Position numbers and translations under genes: made by a program
Source: an uncultured archaeon
GTDB taxonomy: Archaea; Thermoproteota; Nitrososphaeria; Nitrososphaerales; Gagatemarchaeaceae
Assembly: GCA_963817525.1 (NCBI GenBank)
Contig: CAWFOU010000001.1
Location: 704,001 to 768,000, forward strand
Direction of reading: 5' to 3'
Length of the DNA stretch: 64,000 bases
The notes under the pieces: generated by a model
What the model saw: only the letters and a program-made list of their open reading frames with translations
What the model was told of the DNA's origin: nothing
Databases searched by the model: none
Part shown: positions 36,457 to 46,875 of the stretch, piece after piece
How positions within the stretch are numbered: position 1 is the first letter of the stretch
Layout: the number at the start of each line of letters is the position of its first letter

Positions 36457-37713
36457 TTACCCCCTCGGCCGCCTCTCCTTAATCAAAGCGGATAGGTACC
36501 AGAGGTTCAGTCCCGAGAACGTCAGCCCCTCGGCGTATAGCAGGACGTTCCTCAGCTGCCCCGTGGAGGCGATGATGCTCGCCTCGAGCTGGAGGGCGTT
36601 GGGATAGACCGGGGAGAGGAACCTGATGAGGAGGACGTTGTTGGTGACGATGGCCGCGAGGACGACGGCCGAGACCGCGTAGAAGAGCCTCATCCTCCCT
36701 GGGTTCCAGAGAGAGGCGTCCACGAGGAGCAGGGCGAGGAGGTAGATGGAGTACTGTTCGTTGACCTGGCCGCGGACTAGTAGGAACGTCAGGGTTATGA
36801 CGAGCAGGGACTGCACCACGCCTCTGTCGGAGTCGGAGCCGAACCAGGTGCGCGCGGCGAGGCTCGCCACGACCACGGCAGGTATCCAGAGGTAGGCGCC
36901 CCAGTTTATGACGCTGTAGAACGTCGAGTTGGAGACCACGTTCAGGCTGTTGAGGAACACCCATGTCCCCCAGAGGGAAAGGGGGAACCCGTAGACGTGC
37001 AGCGTGTTCTCGAGGGTGCTGATGACCGTGTAGTGCAATCCCGTGACGGGCCAGCCCGCGAGGTAGACGATCACCGCGGTGGAGAGCACCGGCACGCCGA
37101 GGGCGATCGCGAAGTTCGCCCACCTCCTCTCCCTGGAGAAGGACAGTGGCAGGATGTAGATCACGGGGATGGATTTTACGAAGGTCGCGAGACCGCTCCA
37201 CGCCGACCTTGCCTTTCCCGCGGGCGCGAGGAGGGCGAGCATGACGAGGGACATCGCCATCGAGTCGAAGGTCCCCCAAATCGAGGAGATGATTATCGTG
37301 ATTGGGGAGAAGAGCCACAGAGCCATGACCTTCGGGGCGAGCTCCGGGTTCTGCCTCCTCACGTAGAGGAACAGGAGGAACGCCAGCAGCACGTCGGCGA
37401 ATATTATCGGCTGCTTCAGGAGGAAGTAGTAGACGAACCTGTCGCCGAATCCCACCCCGGAGTAGAGCTCGTATATCGCTCCCAGGAGGAGTGGCCAGAA
37501 CGGGAGGTAGCCGATTGCTGCGTTGCTGCCGTTGCCAAAGTCGTTGGCGAAGGTCACCCCCGGCGCGGGTGGCAGCGGCGCGTAGGGGCTGAGCCCCCTC
37601 ACCACCCAGTAGCCGGTCCTCACCCATACCTCAAAGTCGAAGGGGTGGCCCGTCCAGAAGCTGAAGACCTCGCGCACGAGGATCCCCAACACGAGGAGCG
37701 TCCTGACCCTCAT
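36457..37713 (-). CDS. GT-C membrane glycosyltransferase (GT87/PIG-M-like)
   Basis: GHPFD, YLPFW, LKQPII.AD, SSIWGTFD, VNEQY; multi-TM. Confidence 0.8.
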   Translation of the reverse strand: MRVRTLLVLGILVREVFSFWTGHPFDFEVWVRTGYWVVRGLSPYAPLPPAPGVTFANDFGNGSNAAIGYLPFWPLLLGAIYELYSGVGFGDRFVYYFLLKQPIIFADVLLAFLLFLYVRRQNPELAPKVMALWLFSPITIIISSIWGTFDSMAMSLVMLALLAPAGKARSAWSGLATFVKSIPVIYILPLSFSRERRWANFAIALGVPVLSTAVIVYLAGWPVTGLHYTVISTLENTLHVYGFPLSLWGTWVFLNSLNVVSNSTFYSVINWGAYLWIPAVVVASLAARTWFGSDSDRGVVQSLLVITLTFLLVRGQVNEQYSIYLLALLLVDASLWNPGRMRLFYAVSAVVLAAIVTNNVLLIRFLSPVYPNALQLEASIIASTGQLRNVLLYAEGLTFSGLNLWYLSALIKERRPRG

Positions 37714-37851
37714 CGACTCACCCCGAGACCCGAGCGCACGGACGCGTCGAGGCACCCGTTGGATCGCTTTCCAAGTGCGTCCGACCAACGGTCGAAGGGG
37801 CATGGTACTTGAACTTGACACACCGGCGGGCGGTCGGGCTCATGCCGGGCC

Positions 37852-39135
37852 TCAGGCGCGGGCCGGGGACGCAGCGGAGGGTGGGCCGCTCCGTGTCTTT
37901 CGACGGCGGACCTCCAGCAGCCTAGCGGCGAAGAGGCCCGCGAGTATCGCCCCGTCGATCACCCCGAACTCTATTGCGTTGGAGCTCAGGGCCAGCGCGC
38001 CCGGGGCGCCGGGGGTGACCAGTGCGGTGGAGGAGGTGGCGGAGGCGGATGACGAAACCGAGGTCGTGGTAGAGAAATCGGAAGGAGGGGTGATGACCGC
38101 AACCGTGTTGTCGTCCACGTCGGCCACGAAGACCTCCCCCTTGGAGGAGTCGTACGCGAGGGCGAAGGGGCCCGGCCCGACGACGACCGTCCCGAGGACA
38201 GAGTCGGTAGTGTCGGAGATCACCGAGGTGGTGTTGTCTTGCGAGTTGGCGACGAACATCTCTCCGTTCGAGGGGTCGTACGCGAGGGCGTCGGGCCCTT
38301 CACCTACCTCCACGCTGGCGATTATCGAGTCGTTCGAGCTCGAGATGACCGTGACCGTGCTCCCGCCGATGTCCGCGACGAAGACGTCTCCAGTGACGGG
38401 GTCGTACGCGAGGGCGATGGGCTCGGTCGCCGACTCCCTGAACCCGCCGCCCTGGCCGGCCGCCGCCGCCAAGGTCAGCGAAACGGTCTTGAGGACAGAG
38501 TCGTTCGCGTCGGAGATGATTGAGACGCTCCCGTTCCCAAAGTTCCCGACGAAGACCTCTCCCGTGGAGGGGTCGTAGGCGAGGGCGCGCGGGGTGTCCA
38601 CGCCCAGGAAGCTTGAGACGCCGACGGTCACCGTCGCCACCGCCTTGTCGGTGGAGTCGGAGATGACCGAGATGGTGTCGTCGTTGTGGTTGGCCACGAA
38701 GACCTCCCCCTTGGAGGAGTCGTATGCTAGGGCGATGGGTCCTGACCCGACGGGAATCGTCGCCACTACCTCGTTGGTGGCGTCTGAGATGACGGAGACG
38801 CTGGAGTTCCCGTTGTTCGCCACGAAGACCTCCCCTTTGGCGGGGTCGTAGGCGAGGGCAAAGGGGTCTATGCCAACCGGGATGGTTGCGACGACCGAGT
38901 CATTCGAGTCGGAGATGACGGTGACCGTGTTGTCCTGATAGTTGGCGACGAAGACCTCTCCTTTGAGGGGGTCATACGCCAGGGCGACGGGGCCGGGGGT
39001 CTTGACCGTCGCGACGACGGCGGACGGAGCGCCAGCGGCCCCGGCGAGGAGGGCGGAAGGCGCCAGGAGCGACGCGATGAGAAGTGCCGCGACGAGCGCC
39101 GGGCCTGGACCCCGAAGCACACTCCTACGGGTCAA
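37852..39135 (-). CDS. YVTN/YncE beta-propeller surface protein with C-terminal anchor (start uncertain)
   Basis: Seven ~42-aa PxALAYDxxxGEVFVAN repeats. Confidence 0.9.
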   Translation of the reverse strand: MTRRSVLRGPGPALVAALLIASLLAPSALLAGAAGAPSAVVATVKTPGPVALAYDPLKGEVFVANYQDNTVTVISDSNDSVVATIPVGIDPFALAYDPAKGEVFVANNGNSSVSVISDATNEVVATIPVGSGPIALAYDSSKGEVFVANHNDDTISVISDSTDKAVATVTVGVSSFLGVDTPRALAYDPSTGEVFVGNFGNGSVSIISDANDSVLKTVSLTLAAAAGQGGGFRESATEPIALAYDPVTGDVFVADIGGSTVTVISSSNDSIIASVEVGEGPDALAYDPSNGEMFVANSQDNTTSVISDTTDSVLGTVVVGPGPFALAYDSSKGEVFVADVDDNTVAVITPPSDFSTTTSVSSSASATSSTALVTPGAPGALALSSNAIEFGVIDGAILAGLFAARLLEVRRRKTRSGPPSAASPARA

Positions 39136-39389
39136 TCTGGAGCAAAATCGTGCCGCCCGATATAGATGTATCATCAGCTCACCGCCAGGAGCGGGCGTCT
39201 CCCACCCCTGCCGCACAGGCCTTTTCCTGCTTTGTAGTCACGCTCTATAAGATGTAATAACGAAAGGCTCCCGGATACGCCGGCTATAACGAAATGAGTC
39301 AATCCGAAACGACCCTGACCCATTCACCTGGCTTCGAATCCATGACACCAACTTTCTACTCACCAGCCAGAAGCCGCCGCACGTTGTAG

Positions 39390-39830
39390 TTATCCCGGCT
39401 TCTTGGTGTTGAACGAAGCAGAACTCTCTCTCCTGATTTCTTTGACGACATCCAGGTCAGAGTCGTCAGAGACCAGAGAATCCACTGTCTTACCAATAGC
39501 CGAGGTCACGTGTATTGCATCTCTCGGCGCAATATTGTATTGTGAAAGCAGGCGCTGGGCGGACCGGATGACCTCCTCCGAGGTCGCTACAAACCGCAGA
39601 TTTGGATAGGAAACGAGCTTCTCGCCCGCCTGAATCGAGTCTGCTCTCCCAAGAACTCGTCTTACCACCCACACGACTTCATCCCAAGTCAGGGTCGAGG
39701 TGTACGCCGTCACCTCGCCTCTCTCCACGGCAGCGAGTACCTTCTTTGAATTCGTAGCTTCCGAAGAGCGCTCGTAGATCACTGGAGAGATGAATATGTT
39801 CGAGTCAATGTAGATGCTTTTGGCGTCCAA
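39390..39830 (-). CDS. vapC: VapC PIN-domain toxin
   Basis: IYIDSNIF, TWDE, PRDAIH, SDDSDLD. Confidence 0.92.
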   Translation of the reverse strand: MDAKSIYIDSNIFISPVIYERSSEATNSKKVLAAVERGEVTAYTSTLTWDEVVWVVRRVLGRADSIQAGEKLVSYPNLRFVATSEEVIRSAQRLLSQYNIAPRDAIHVTSAIGKTVDSLVSDDSDLDVVKEIRRESSASFNTKKPG

Positions 39831-40065
39831 GTCGTTCCTCCTCCAGTAGTTTCTTGATGTTCACTGCGTGGTCGAGTTTTCGGGAGTATGTCGTCGTGAA
39901 ATAGTCGACGTAATTCTCCGTAGGGGGACCTGCTCTCCTTATCATGACCGTCCCACTTTTCGCTTCGACGACCACCTCCGTCCCCTCCTTTATCCCGGTC
40001 TGCTCCCTTATGGTCTTGGGAATTACTATCTGGCCCTTCTCCCCGACCTTCATCCGGCTTTTCAT
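39805..40065 (-). CDS. vapB: AbrB-fold VapB antitoxin
   Basis: KVGEKGQIVIPKTIREQTGIKEG; overlaps vapC. Confidence 0.92.
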   Translation of the reverse strand: MKSRMKVGEKGQIVIPKTIREQTGIKEGTEVVVEAKSGTVMIRRAGPPTENYVDYFTTTYSRKLDHAVNIKKLLEEERLGRQKHLH

Positions 40066-40388
40066 ACATGTAGTTGGAAGTATAACTATCTTTTATACTT
40101 TCTAAGGCGCTGCTGAACCGGTTCCAGAGCGGGCGTGGCCTCGCAAAAAGGAGCGCGGATTCCCGGCGCATGACATGCGGAAGAATCATAGTGCCTCGGC
40201 CGGGAGTGGAACCCCCATATGGGTGCTTTTCAACTCGTGAGACTTGTCAGGAACCCACTTCTTCCATGCTAAAGGTATGCGGTCCATGCGCTGCCTCGGG
40301 GTATCGTCGAACGGACTGACCTTTTCGCCTCCTCCACGAAAATTGGTCGGAAAGAGGTATTCAACCCACTGGAACGACTTGGTCACGG

Positions 40389-41156
40389 TCACTCGTTGGG
40401 GAAGCTCACGTCGACATAGGTGGCAGGCGCCGAGATTTCCAATGACTGTAGATGGAAGCCAATAGAAATGCATAGGCTAGGTCCCCCGACCGCACGAGAA
40501 AAGTCCGAGGCATTGACCTCAGCCGCGGAGTAGCCGACCGCGAGCGGAAGGTAATAGCAGCCGCTGAAGCCCTGGAACGACCGGTCGAGAAACCCTGTCG
40601 TCCCAGGCACGGGCTCGACCAAGTAGTCTACCGTGAACGTGGAGTTCTGAGGGATCTCCGTAAGATTCTCGGAGGGAGGAATTACGCTTAGTTGAAAGGA
40701 ACTATTGTCGTTCTCAAACTCACCTCCTGGTCCGTAGTCACCAATCCCGATGCTGTTGCCGAGCGTTCCGTTCGGGAAGTTTTTGGCCAATTGGGGATTG
40801 GTTACGATATACGTAAGTCGTACGCAGAAGGTCGCTCCAGAATAGGGGATCACGAGCGCGGGTAAGGTGCTTGTGAAGTTCCCCGTATTGGTGAAGTTCG
40901 AATAAGTAGCGGGACCGACGGGCACGCTGTGAAAGGCCCCGCAATGGACGGAGGACGTCTCTACGAGGGTTGTCGTCGAGGTGACCGTGGAGTTCGACTG
41001 GGTCGTGATCATCGCCGTGCTCGAGACCGTAGCGGTAAGTGTCCCTGTCTGCCGGACGCCGGTCCCCGCCAGGTACCCTGCGCCAAGGCTCGCAATCACG
41101 AGGATCACGATCAGGCCCACCAGGGCTTCGCTCCGCATCGCTCCCCGGAAGCGCAA
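40389..41156 (-). CDS. N-anchored surface glycoprotein (module A)
   Basis: PALVIP..FCV, LPLAVGY...VNASDF shared with 18110-19285. Confidence 0.8.
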   Translation of the reverse strand: MRFRGAMRSEALVGLIVILVIASLGAGYLAGTGVRQTGTLTATVSSTAMITTQSNSTVTSTTTLVETSSVHCGAFHSVPVGPATYSNFTNTGNFTSTLPALVIPYSGATFCVRLTYIVTNPQLAKNFPNGTLGNSIGIGDYGPGGEFENDNSSFQLSVIPPSENLTEIPQNSTFTVDYLVEPVPGTTGFLDRSFQGFSGCYYLPLAVGYSAAEVNASDFSRAVGGPSLCISIGFHLQSLEISAPATYVDVSFPNE

Positions 41157-41239
41157 GACGGGTGGGGCGCCTATTCAACCCCTGGGTAGAATGTTCTATC
41201 TCCCGTTTGGGCATGAGGTTATTTGAGAATCAATATGGA

Positions 41240-41314
41240 TGCCCCGGCCGGGATTTGAACCCAGGTCACTACCTCGAGAGGGTAGTATGCTTGGCCGGAC
41301 TACACCACCGGGGC
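41240..41314 (-). tRNA. tRNA-Glu(CTC)
   Basis: GCCCCGG acceptor, anticodon arm CTACC-CTCTCGA-GGTAG, T loop TTCAAAT. Confidence 0.96.
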
Positions 41315-41356
41315 GCATGCAAGCGCCCCATCAAGACCGGATTAAAAGTTAAGTTG

Positions 41357-41581
41357 CTACTGCGTCTTCAGCACGGCCTTGGCCGCGAGCTTGACGTCCG
41401 AGGGCTTCACGGTCTTCCTCCCCGCGTGCTTCGCGAATTCCGTCGCCTGCCTCGCGATCTGGAGCCCCACCTCCTCGAGCACAACGCGGAGCTCGATAGC
41501 CGCGTCGTCTCCCACTCGCTCGGCGCCCGCCTTCTTAATGAGGCGATAGACCGCGGCCAACCCGAACTCAGACTCGGACAT
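41357..41581 (-). CDS. Archaeal histone (HMf family)
   Basis: [11 protein letters not shown]...[13 protein letters not shown]. Confidence 0.96.
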   Translation of the reverse strand: MSESEFGLAAVYRLIKKAGAERVGDDAAIELRVVLEEVGLQIARQATEFAKHAGRKTVKPSDVKLAAKAVLKTQ

Positions 41582-41777
41582 GCTGACGATTTTGACTGAT
41601 GCGCGGTTAATTATTAAACCTTTGGACTAAAATGTTTGCAACCTTGCTCTGTTAGCATTCTCTCGCGGTCTTCTTGCCGATTGGAAGCGTGGCGGCAGCG
41701 GTAGCTGACTTTAGGCCCTAATACCACGAAATCGACCTTACAATGGATATATCAGGCCTCTGCGGCGTATTAGGATT

Positions 41778-42527
41778 ATGCCTTCCAGCGAGCCCAACGC
41801 GCTTTGGGACGCCCACGTTCACCTCCCGGCATACCCAGACCCGGAGGCGGTGGTTTCCAGCGCCGCGAGGAGGGGGATGCGGCTCGCCTTGGTCTGCGTC
41901 GCCCCGGCCGAGGCGGCACCCAGCCTAGATCTCCGGACGAGGCACCCCAACATCCTGAAGTGCTTCGTGGGAGTGCACCCCTCGGAGGCCGCATCCTCGC
42001 CTCGCGCTCTGGAAGAGCTGTCACCGTTCTGGGATGCCGCCGACGGGGTCGGGGAGGTCGGGCTCGACCCAAAGTATTCCGAGGTCTCCGCTTCGAGCGC
42101 CCAGATGAGGCTGTTTAGGGGGCAGGTGGAGGTCGCGGCGCGGACGAAGAAGCCCATCCAGGTCCACTCGAGGGGAGCGGAGGCCGCCTGCATAGACGTT
42201 CTCGACGGATACCCGATGGGCCCGGTGCTCATGCACTGGTTCGAGGGCGAGGAGGTCATCGGGCGGGTGCTCTCGCGGGCGCGAACCTACGTCTCGTTCG
42301 GGCCGGCCCTACTGTATTCGAAGAAGCTCCAGCGGGTCGCGTTGCGCTGCCCACCTGAGACCGTCCTCGTCGAGAGCGACGGGCCGGTGACCTTCGCCGC
42401 CCTGGGAGGCCCCCAGGGGCCGGGGCTGGTCCCCAGCGTGGCGTTTCGGCTGGCCGAGCTGTGGGGGAGGAGCTTCGACGAGGCCGCCGTGCAGCTCTCC
42501 TCGAACGCGAAGGGCTATTTTGGGTAA
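41778..42527 (+). CDS. tatD: TatD-family nuclease
   Basis: DAHVHL, GVHP, VGEVGLD, VHSR, MHWF, ESDGP. Confidence 0.93.
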   Translation: MPSSEPNALWDAHVHLPAYPDPEAVVSSAARRGMRLALVCVAPAEAAPSLDLRTRHPNILKCFVGVHPSEAASSPRALEELSPFWDAADGVGEVGLDPKYSEVSASSAQMRLFRGQVEVAARTKKPIQVHSRGAEAACIDVLDGYPMGPVLMHWFEGEEVIGRVLSRARTYVSFGPALLYSKKLQRVALRCPPETVLVESDGPVTFAALGGPQGPGLVPSVAFRLAELWGRSFDEAAVQLSSNAKGYFG

Positions 42528-42565
42528 AAAGGTTATCTCCACCCTCGCGGGGGGGCCTTCGAGAC

Positions 42566-42811
42566 ATGGACAGAGTTCGCAGGCTATCCCAGGAGATACT
42601 CCAAAAGTACCCCGGGATGTTCGGGACCGATTACACGGCCAACAAGACGCAGCTTGCGAAGATCGCGACCGTCCATTCCAAGATGATACGCAACAAGCTG
42701 GTCGGGAAGATAACCAAGGCAATGATAGCCGCCAACGCGGAGAAGGAGGAGGCCGCGGAGGCAGCCGCGCCGCCGACCGAGCCCGCACAAATCGAAGCAG
42801 AGACGGCGTGA
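42566..42811 (+). CDS. rps17e: 30S ribosomal protein S17e
   Basis: FGTDYTANK...SKMIRNKLVGKITK. Confidence 0.92.
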   Translation: MDRVRRLSQEILQKYPGMFGTDYTANKTQLAKIATVHSKMIRNKLVGKITKAMIAANAEKEEAAEAAAPPTEPAQIEAETA

Positions 42812-42882
42812 CGCCATCCCCTGGCTTCGAGCCCTCGCGCAAGCCATAAACCCGGCCGGCTAGCCGACAGGCAGTGGGGACG

Positions 42883-43146
42883 ATGATACACCTGAAGTTC
42901 TTGGGGCACATCAAGACGAGCATGGGCTCCGAGGAGGCCGACGTCCCCGGGGACGGCATCAGCGTGGACGAGCTCTTCGCGCTCCTCCTCTCTGACAAGC
43001 CCGCCCGGCTCGACCACGGGTTCACAAAGTACAACACCCTAGTGGTGATCAACGACGAGGAGGTCGTCTCGGCCTCGGCGCAGAGGGGCAGGCGCCTGCG
43101 GGACGGCGACTCGGTGCTCCTGGTGCCATTCTCGCACGGAGGCTGA
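42883..43146 (+). CDS. MoaD/ThiS/SAMP ubiquitin-like protein
   Basis: Ends LRDGDSVLLVPFSHGG. Confidence 0.9.
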   Translation: MIHLKFLGHIKTSMGSEEADVPGDGISVDELFALLLSDKPARLDHGFTKYNTLVVINDEEVVSASAQRGRRLRDGDSVLLVPFSHGG

Positions 43147-43157
43147 GGCGAGGAGAC

Positions 43158-43619
43158 TTGCGAGAGGGCCAGTTCCACTCTGCCTGCTGGGAGGTCGAGG
43201 CCGACCCCGCAGAGATAGAGCCCCTCCTCGCAAAGACGAGGGAGAAGAGCCCCGGGGTCATCCTACAGGTCGTCGGGGCAGAGAGGGCCCCCAACCCGAG
43301 GGCGGTCGAGCTGATCGCCGCCCAGACCCTGAGTGCTACAAGGTCGGGAGCGACGCTCGCCGAGAAGCCCGAGCTAGACCTGCTGCTCCGCCTCGCGGGG
43401 ACGAGGCAGATAGGCGAGGCCTTCGCGAGGGTGGGCTACAAGTCGAGCGCGAAGAGGCTCTTCATGGTCGCCGCGTGCGAGGGTGGTGGGGCAGCGCTGC
43501 GGAGCCTGAGCAAGAGGCTGGCAGGCGACGGGAGGTTCAAGGAGGTACCGCGGACGGAGATGGGCGAGGCCGACCTCGATATGGTGGAGCGCGCGGCACT
43601 TCTTTCCGCCGGGCTCTAG
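43158..43619 (+). CDS. cgi121: KEOPS subunit Cgi121
   Basis: ELDLLLRLAGTRQI.EA..RVG. Confidence 0.88.
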   Translation: MREGQFHSACWEVEADPAEIEPLLAKTREKSPGVILQVVGAERAPNPRAVELIAAQTLSATRSGATLAEKPELDLLLRLAGTRQIGEAFARVGYKSSAKRLFMVAACEGGGAALRSLSKRLAGDGRFKEVPRTEMGEADLDMVERAALLSAGL

Positions 43620-44128
43620 GAAGAACGCTTCAGTTTCGTGATGCTCAATATCTCGTCGGGCCTCGCGACCGACATGGCCGTGTACTCGCCGAGGACCTCT
43701 ACGTCGAAGACCTTGTCCGGAGAGTTCAGGTTGACCTTGCGGTCGACGACCCCCGCTATGGTGTCGATGAGCTCCTTCCTTGAGACGGGGGAGTCTCTCT
43801 CAGTGATGTCGATCCTGAAAGACTCCCCTGGAAGGACCTGAGCCGCGATCTGGGCCGCGGCCTCCTTTATCTGCTCGAGGTGGGTGTCCACCACTACGTC
43901 GACAGGGATCAGCCTCTGGATGTAGTGGACCCTGAACGGCTCCGACCTCACATAGTCCCTCATGAAGGCGATGAAGTCCCTCGAGTTCTCTATCTCGATC
44001 TCCAGGATGCCGTCGAACCCGGCCTTTTCGATGTGGAGCTTCCTGTGGCCCCTCTGCAGGGCGATCTCCTTGAACTCGGCGGAGGCCTTCGCCTCGCTCC
44101 CCTTCTGCGAGGTGACCAATAGGTTCAA
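43616..44128 (-). CDS. Stand-alone THUMP-domain protein
   Basis: ESFRIDITER, RKVNLNSPDK..VEVLG. Confidence 0.9.
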   Translation of the reverse strand: MNLLVTSQKGSEAKASAEFKEIALQRGHRKLHIEKAGFDGILEIEIENSRDFIAFMRDYVRSEPFRVHYIQRLIPVDVVVDTHLEQIKEAAAQIAAQVLPGESFRIDITERDSPVSRKELIDTIAGVVDRKVNLNSPDKVFDVEVLGEYTAMSVARPDEILSITKLKRSS

Positions 44129-44739
44129 GCGCCCAACTCACCCTCCTGAATCCTGACCGACCCCTCCCTTAAAACCTCGACAGTGCCTCCGGAGACTTTT
44201 ACCACCGTCGACTCCTTGCCGTTCAGCTCCCCGCCGTCAATCACGAGCTGCACCCTGCCGCCCAGAGACTTCACCACCTGCGCCGCGGTTCGGCACGAGG
44301 GCTCCCCTGAGAGGTTTGCACTGGTCCCCGTGATCGCGCCGCCTACCTTCCCGGAAAGAGCGAGGCAGACAGGGCTGTCAGGCACCCTCACCCCGAGGAA
44401 CCCGCTCCCCTGGTCCAAGAGGCTCGAGAGGCCGCCCTTCTTCTTGAGCGGGGCGACTATGGTGAGCGCGCCGGGCCAGTGGAGCTCGGCGAGCTTCCGC
44501 GCCACGCCGTTGAGGACCACGAGAGCCTCCGCTGCCGCCGAATCGGTGCACAGCAACGGGACTGGCTTCGCCTGCCGGTCCTTGGCAGCGAAAAGGCGGC
44601 CCACCGCCTTGTCGCTCGTGGGGTCGCAGCCAAGGCCGTATACCGTGTCGGTCGGGATGGCCACCACGCCTCCGTTCTTGACGATGCGTGCCGCCTCGGC
44701 GACCGCCTTGGGCCCCGCGGGGATGCATCGGACTGTCAT
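44125..44739 (-). CDS. tsaC: L-threonylcarbamoyladenylate synthase (TsaC/YrdC)
   Basis: PTDTVYGL, WPGALT, GVRVP, TSANLSG. Confidence 0.95.
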   Translation of the reverse strand: MTVRCIPAGPKAVAEAARIVKNGGVVAIPTDTVYGLGCDPTSDKAVGRLFAAKDRQAKPVPLLCTDSAAAEALVVLNGVARKLAELHWPGALTIVAPLKKKGGLSSLLDQGSGFLGVRVPDSPVCLALSGKVGGAITGTSANLSGEPSCRTAAQVVKSLGGRVQLVIDGGELNGKESTVVKVSGGTVEVLREGSVRIQEGELGA

Positions 44740-44870
44740 CTGGTCGGCGGTCGTTTCGGGGCGCAGTTAAGCTGTTTGGCCGGTCGGGGGGTCTCGGCGC
44801 GAGGCGCAGGGTCGGGTGCCGGGACTCGATTTATACCCCCTCCCGGACGGAGGCCCTCGGACCGCACCGC

Positions 44871-45545
44871 ATGTCGCCCCGGACATTCATCGTTAACTTC
44901 AAGAACTATCCCGAGGTCATGGGCGAAGGCTCCCTCCGGCTCGCGAAGGCCGCGGCAGGCCTTAGCTGGGAGTTGGGGATCGACGTGGTGGTGGCCCCTC
45001 CCACCCCGATGCTCCACACGGTCGCCTCCACAGTGAAGATCCCGGTCTTCGCGCAGAGGGCGGATCTCGGCGAGCAAGGCAAGAGCACGGGGGCCACGAT
45101 CCCAGAGTCCATCAAGGCGGCCGGGTGCGCGGGCTCCCTCCTGAACCACAGCGAGTCGAGGGTCCCTCTCGAAGTCCTGGGGCAGACCATGGAGAGGATG
45201 AGGGGGATCGGGCTGACGAGCTGCGCCTGCGCCGAGACAACGGAGGAGGCCGTCGCGATAGCCGCCCTGATGCCGGAGTACCTCGCCATAGAGCCCCCCG
45301 AGCTCATCGGGACCGGCAGGGCGGTCTCCAAGGCAAGGCCGGAGCTGCTCACAGAGACCGCCCAGGCGCTCAAGGCCTCGGGGTTCAGGGGAACGCTTCT
45401 CTGCGGGGCGGGGATCGTCACCGCCGACGACGTGGCCGCGGCGATCAGGCTCGGCACTCAGGGGATCCTGGTCGCGAGCAGCGTCGTGAAGGCCCAGGAC
45501 TGGCCCGCCAAGCTCAGGGAGCTCGGCACCGCAATGCACGTCTGA
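44871..45545 (+). CDS. tpiA: Archaeal triosephosphate isomerase
   Basis: VNFKNY, NHSE, AIEPPELIG, CGAGI. Confidence 0.96.
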   Translation: MSPRTFIVNFKNYPEVMGEGSLRLAKAAAGLSWELGIDVVVAPPTPMLHTVASTVKIPVFAQRADLGEQGKSTGATIPESIKAAGCAGSLLNHSESRVPLEVLGQTMERMRGIGLTSCACAETTEEAVAIAALMPEYLAIEPPELIGTGRAVSKARPELLTETAQALKASGFRGTLLCGAGIVTADDVAAAIRLGTQGILVASSVVKAQDWPAKLRELGTAMHV

Positions 45546-45609
45546 TCGCCGACGGCCGCCGACAAGCCGGAAACCTGTAAATACAAACCGGAAGCCCGTC
45601 ACCTCGCAA

Positions 45610-46866
45610 TTGTCCCAAAGGAAGCCCGACGCATTCGCGAACGCCCTGGAGCAGCTCAGGATAGCCGCAGAGGAGCTCAAGCTCGAAGACGGGATACACC
45701 GTCTGCTCCGCGAGCCGAAGAAGGTGATCAGGGTGACATTCCCCGTGAAGATGGACGACGGAAAGACCAGGATATTCAAGGGATACCGGGTGCAATACAA
45801 CGATGCGAGGGGCCCGTTCAAGGGAGGGATCAGGTACCACCCCCAGGTCTCCCTCGACGAGGTGAAGGCGCTCGCTGCCTGGATGACGTGGAAGTGCAGC
45901 ATCGCGGACATCCCGTTCGGCGGGGCCAAGGGAGGGGTGGTCTGCGACCCCAAGCGCATGTCGCAGGGGGAGCTCGAGAGGATGACCCGGAGGTACACGG
46001 CGGCGCTGGGTGACTCCATCGGTCCCGACGTCGACATCCCTGCCCCTGACGTCTACACCAACGCCCAGACGATGGCGTGGATCCTCGACACCTACAGCCA
46101 GATGAGGGGGCGCATGATCCCCGCGGTGGTTACGGGCAAGCCGGTCTCGCTGGGAGGGTCGCTGGGCAGGGAGGCCGCGACGGGGAGGGGGGCGGCCATC
46201 TGCACACGAGAGGCGGCCAAGATCAATAGGCTCACGCTCAAGGGTGCTTCCTTCGCCGTACAGGGATACGGCAACGTGGGCTCGAACTACGCGGTGGTGC
46301 TCGAGGAGCTGGCGGGGTCCAGGATGGTCGCCGTGAGCGACTCAAGGGGCGGGATCTATAACAAGAGGGGTCTTGACGCCAAGAAAGTCCTCGCGCACAA
46401 GGAGAAGACGGGCTCGGTGGTGGGCTTCCCGGGGGCCGAGGAGGTCTCCAACGAGGAGGTCCTGAAGACTGAGTGCGACGTGCTGTGCCCCGGCGCGTTC
46501 GAGAACGTCATCACCTCCGACGTGGCGAAGGGGGTGCGCGCAAAGATGATCATAGAGGCCGCCAACGGCCCGACGACCCCGGAGGCTGACAAGGTCCTCG
46601 ACAAGAACAAGGTCTTCCTCGTGCCCGACATCCTCGCCAACTCGGGTGGCGTGATGGTGAGCTACCTCGAGTGGGTCCAGGACCTCGAGAGGCTCCGCTG
46701 GACCGAGGAGGAGGTGAACAGCATGCTCGAGACCAAGATGACTGGGGCGTTCGCGCAGGTGCACAAGGAGGCGACGTCGAGGGGCGTCTCGATGAGGACA
46801 GGCGCGCTCGTCGTCGGCGTGAGCAGGGTGGCGGACGCGGTGCGGACACTCGGCATCTGGCCGTAA
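45610..46866 (+). CDS. gdhA: Glutamate dehydrogenase
   Basis: GPFKGGIRYHP, GGAKGG, VQGYGNVG, EAANGP. Confidence 0.97.
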   Translation: MSQRKPDAFANALEQLRIAAEELKLEDGIHRLLREPKKVIRVTFPVKMDDGKTRIFKGYRVQYNDARGPFKGGIRYHPQVSLDEVKALAAWMTWKCSIADIPFGGAKGGVVCDPKRMSQGELERMTRRYTAALGDSIGPDVDIPAPDVYTNAQTMAWILDTYSQMRGRMIPAVVTGKPVSLGGSLGREAATGRGAAICTREAAKINRLTLKGASFAVQGYGNVGSNYAVVLEELAGSRMVAVSDSRGGIYNKRGLDAKKVLAHKEKTGSVVGFPGAEEVSNEEVLKTECDVLCPGAFENVITSDVAKGVRAKMIIEAANGPTTPEADKVLDKNKVFLVPDILANSGGVMVSYLEWVQDLERLRWTEEEVNSMLETKMTGAFAQVHKEATSRGVSMRTGALVVGVSRVADAVRTLGIWP

Positions 46867-46875
46867 GGCCCTCGG

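Noticed and set aside
37852-39000. ~126-bp tandem DNA repeats
   Set aside because: Fully explained by YVTN propeller coding repeats.
39325-39341. CACCTGGCTTCGAATCC resembling the tRNA-Glu T arm as an att copy
   Set aside because: Wrong orientation relative to the tRNA and mismatched.
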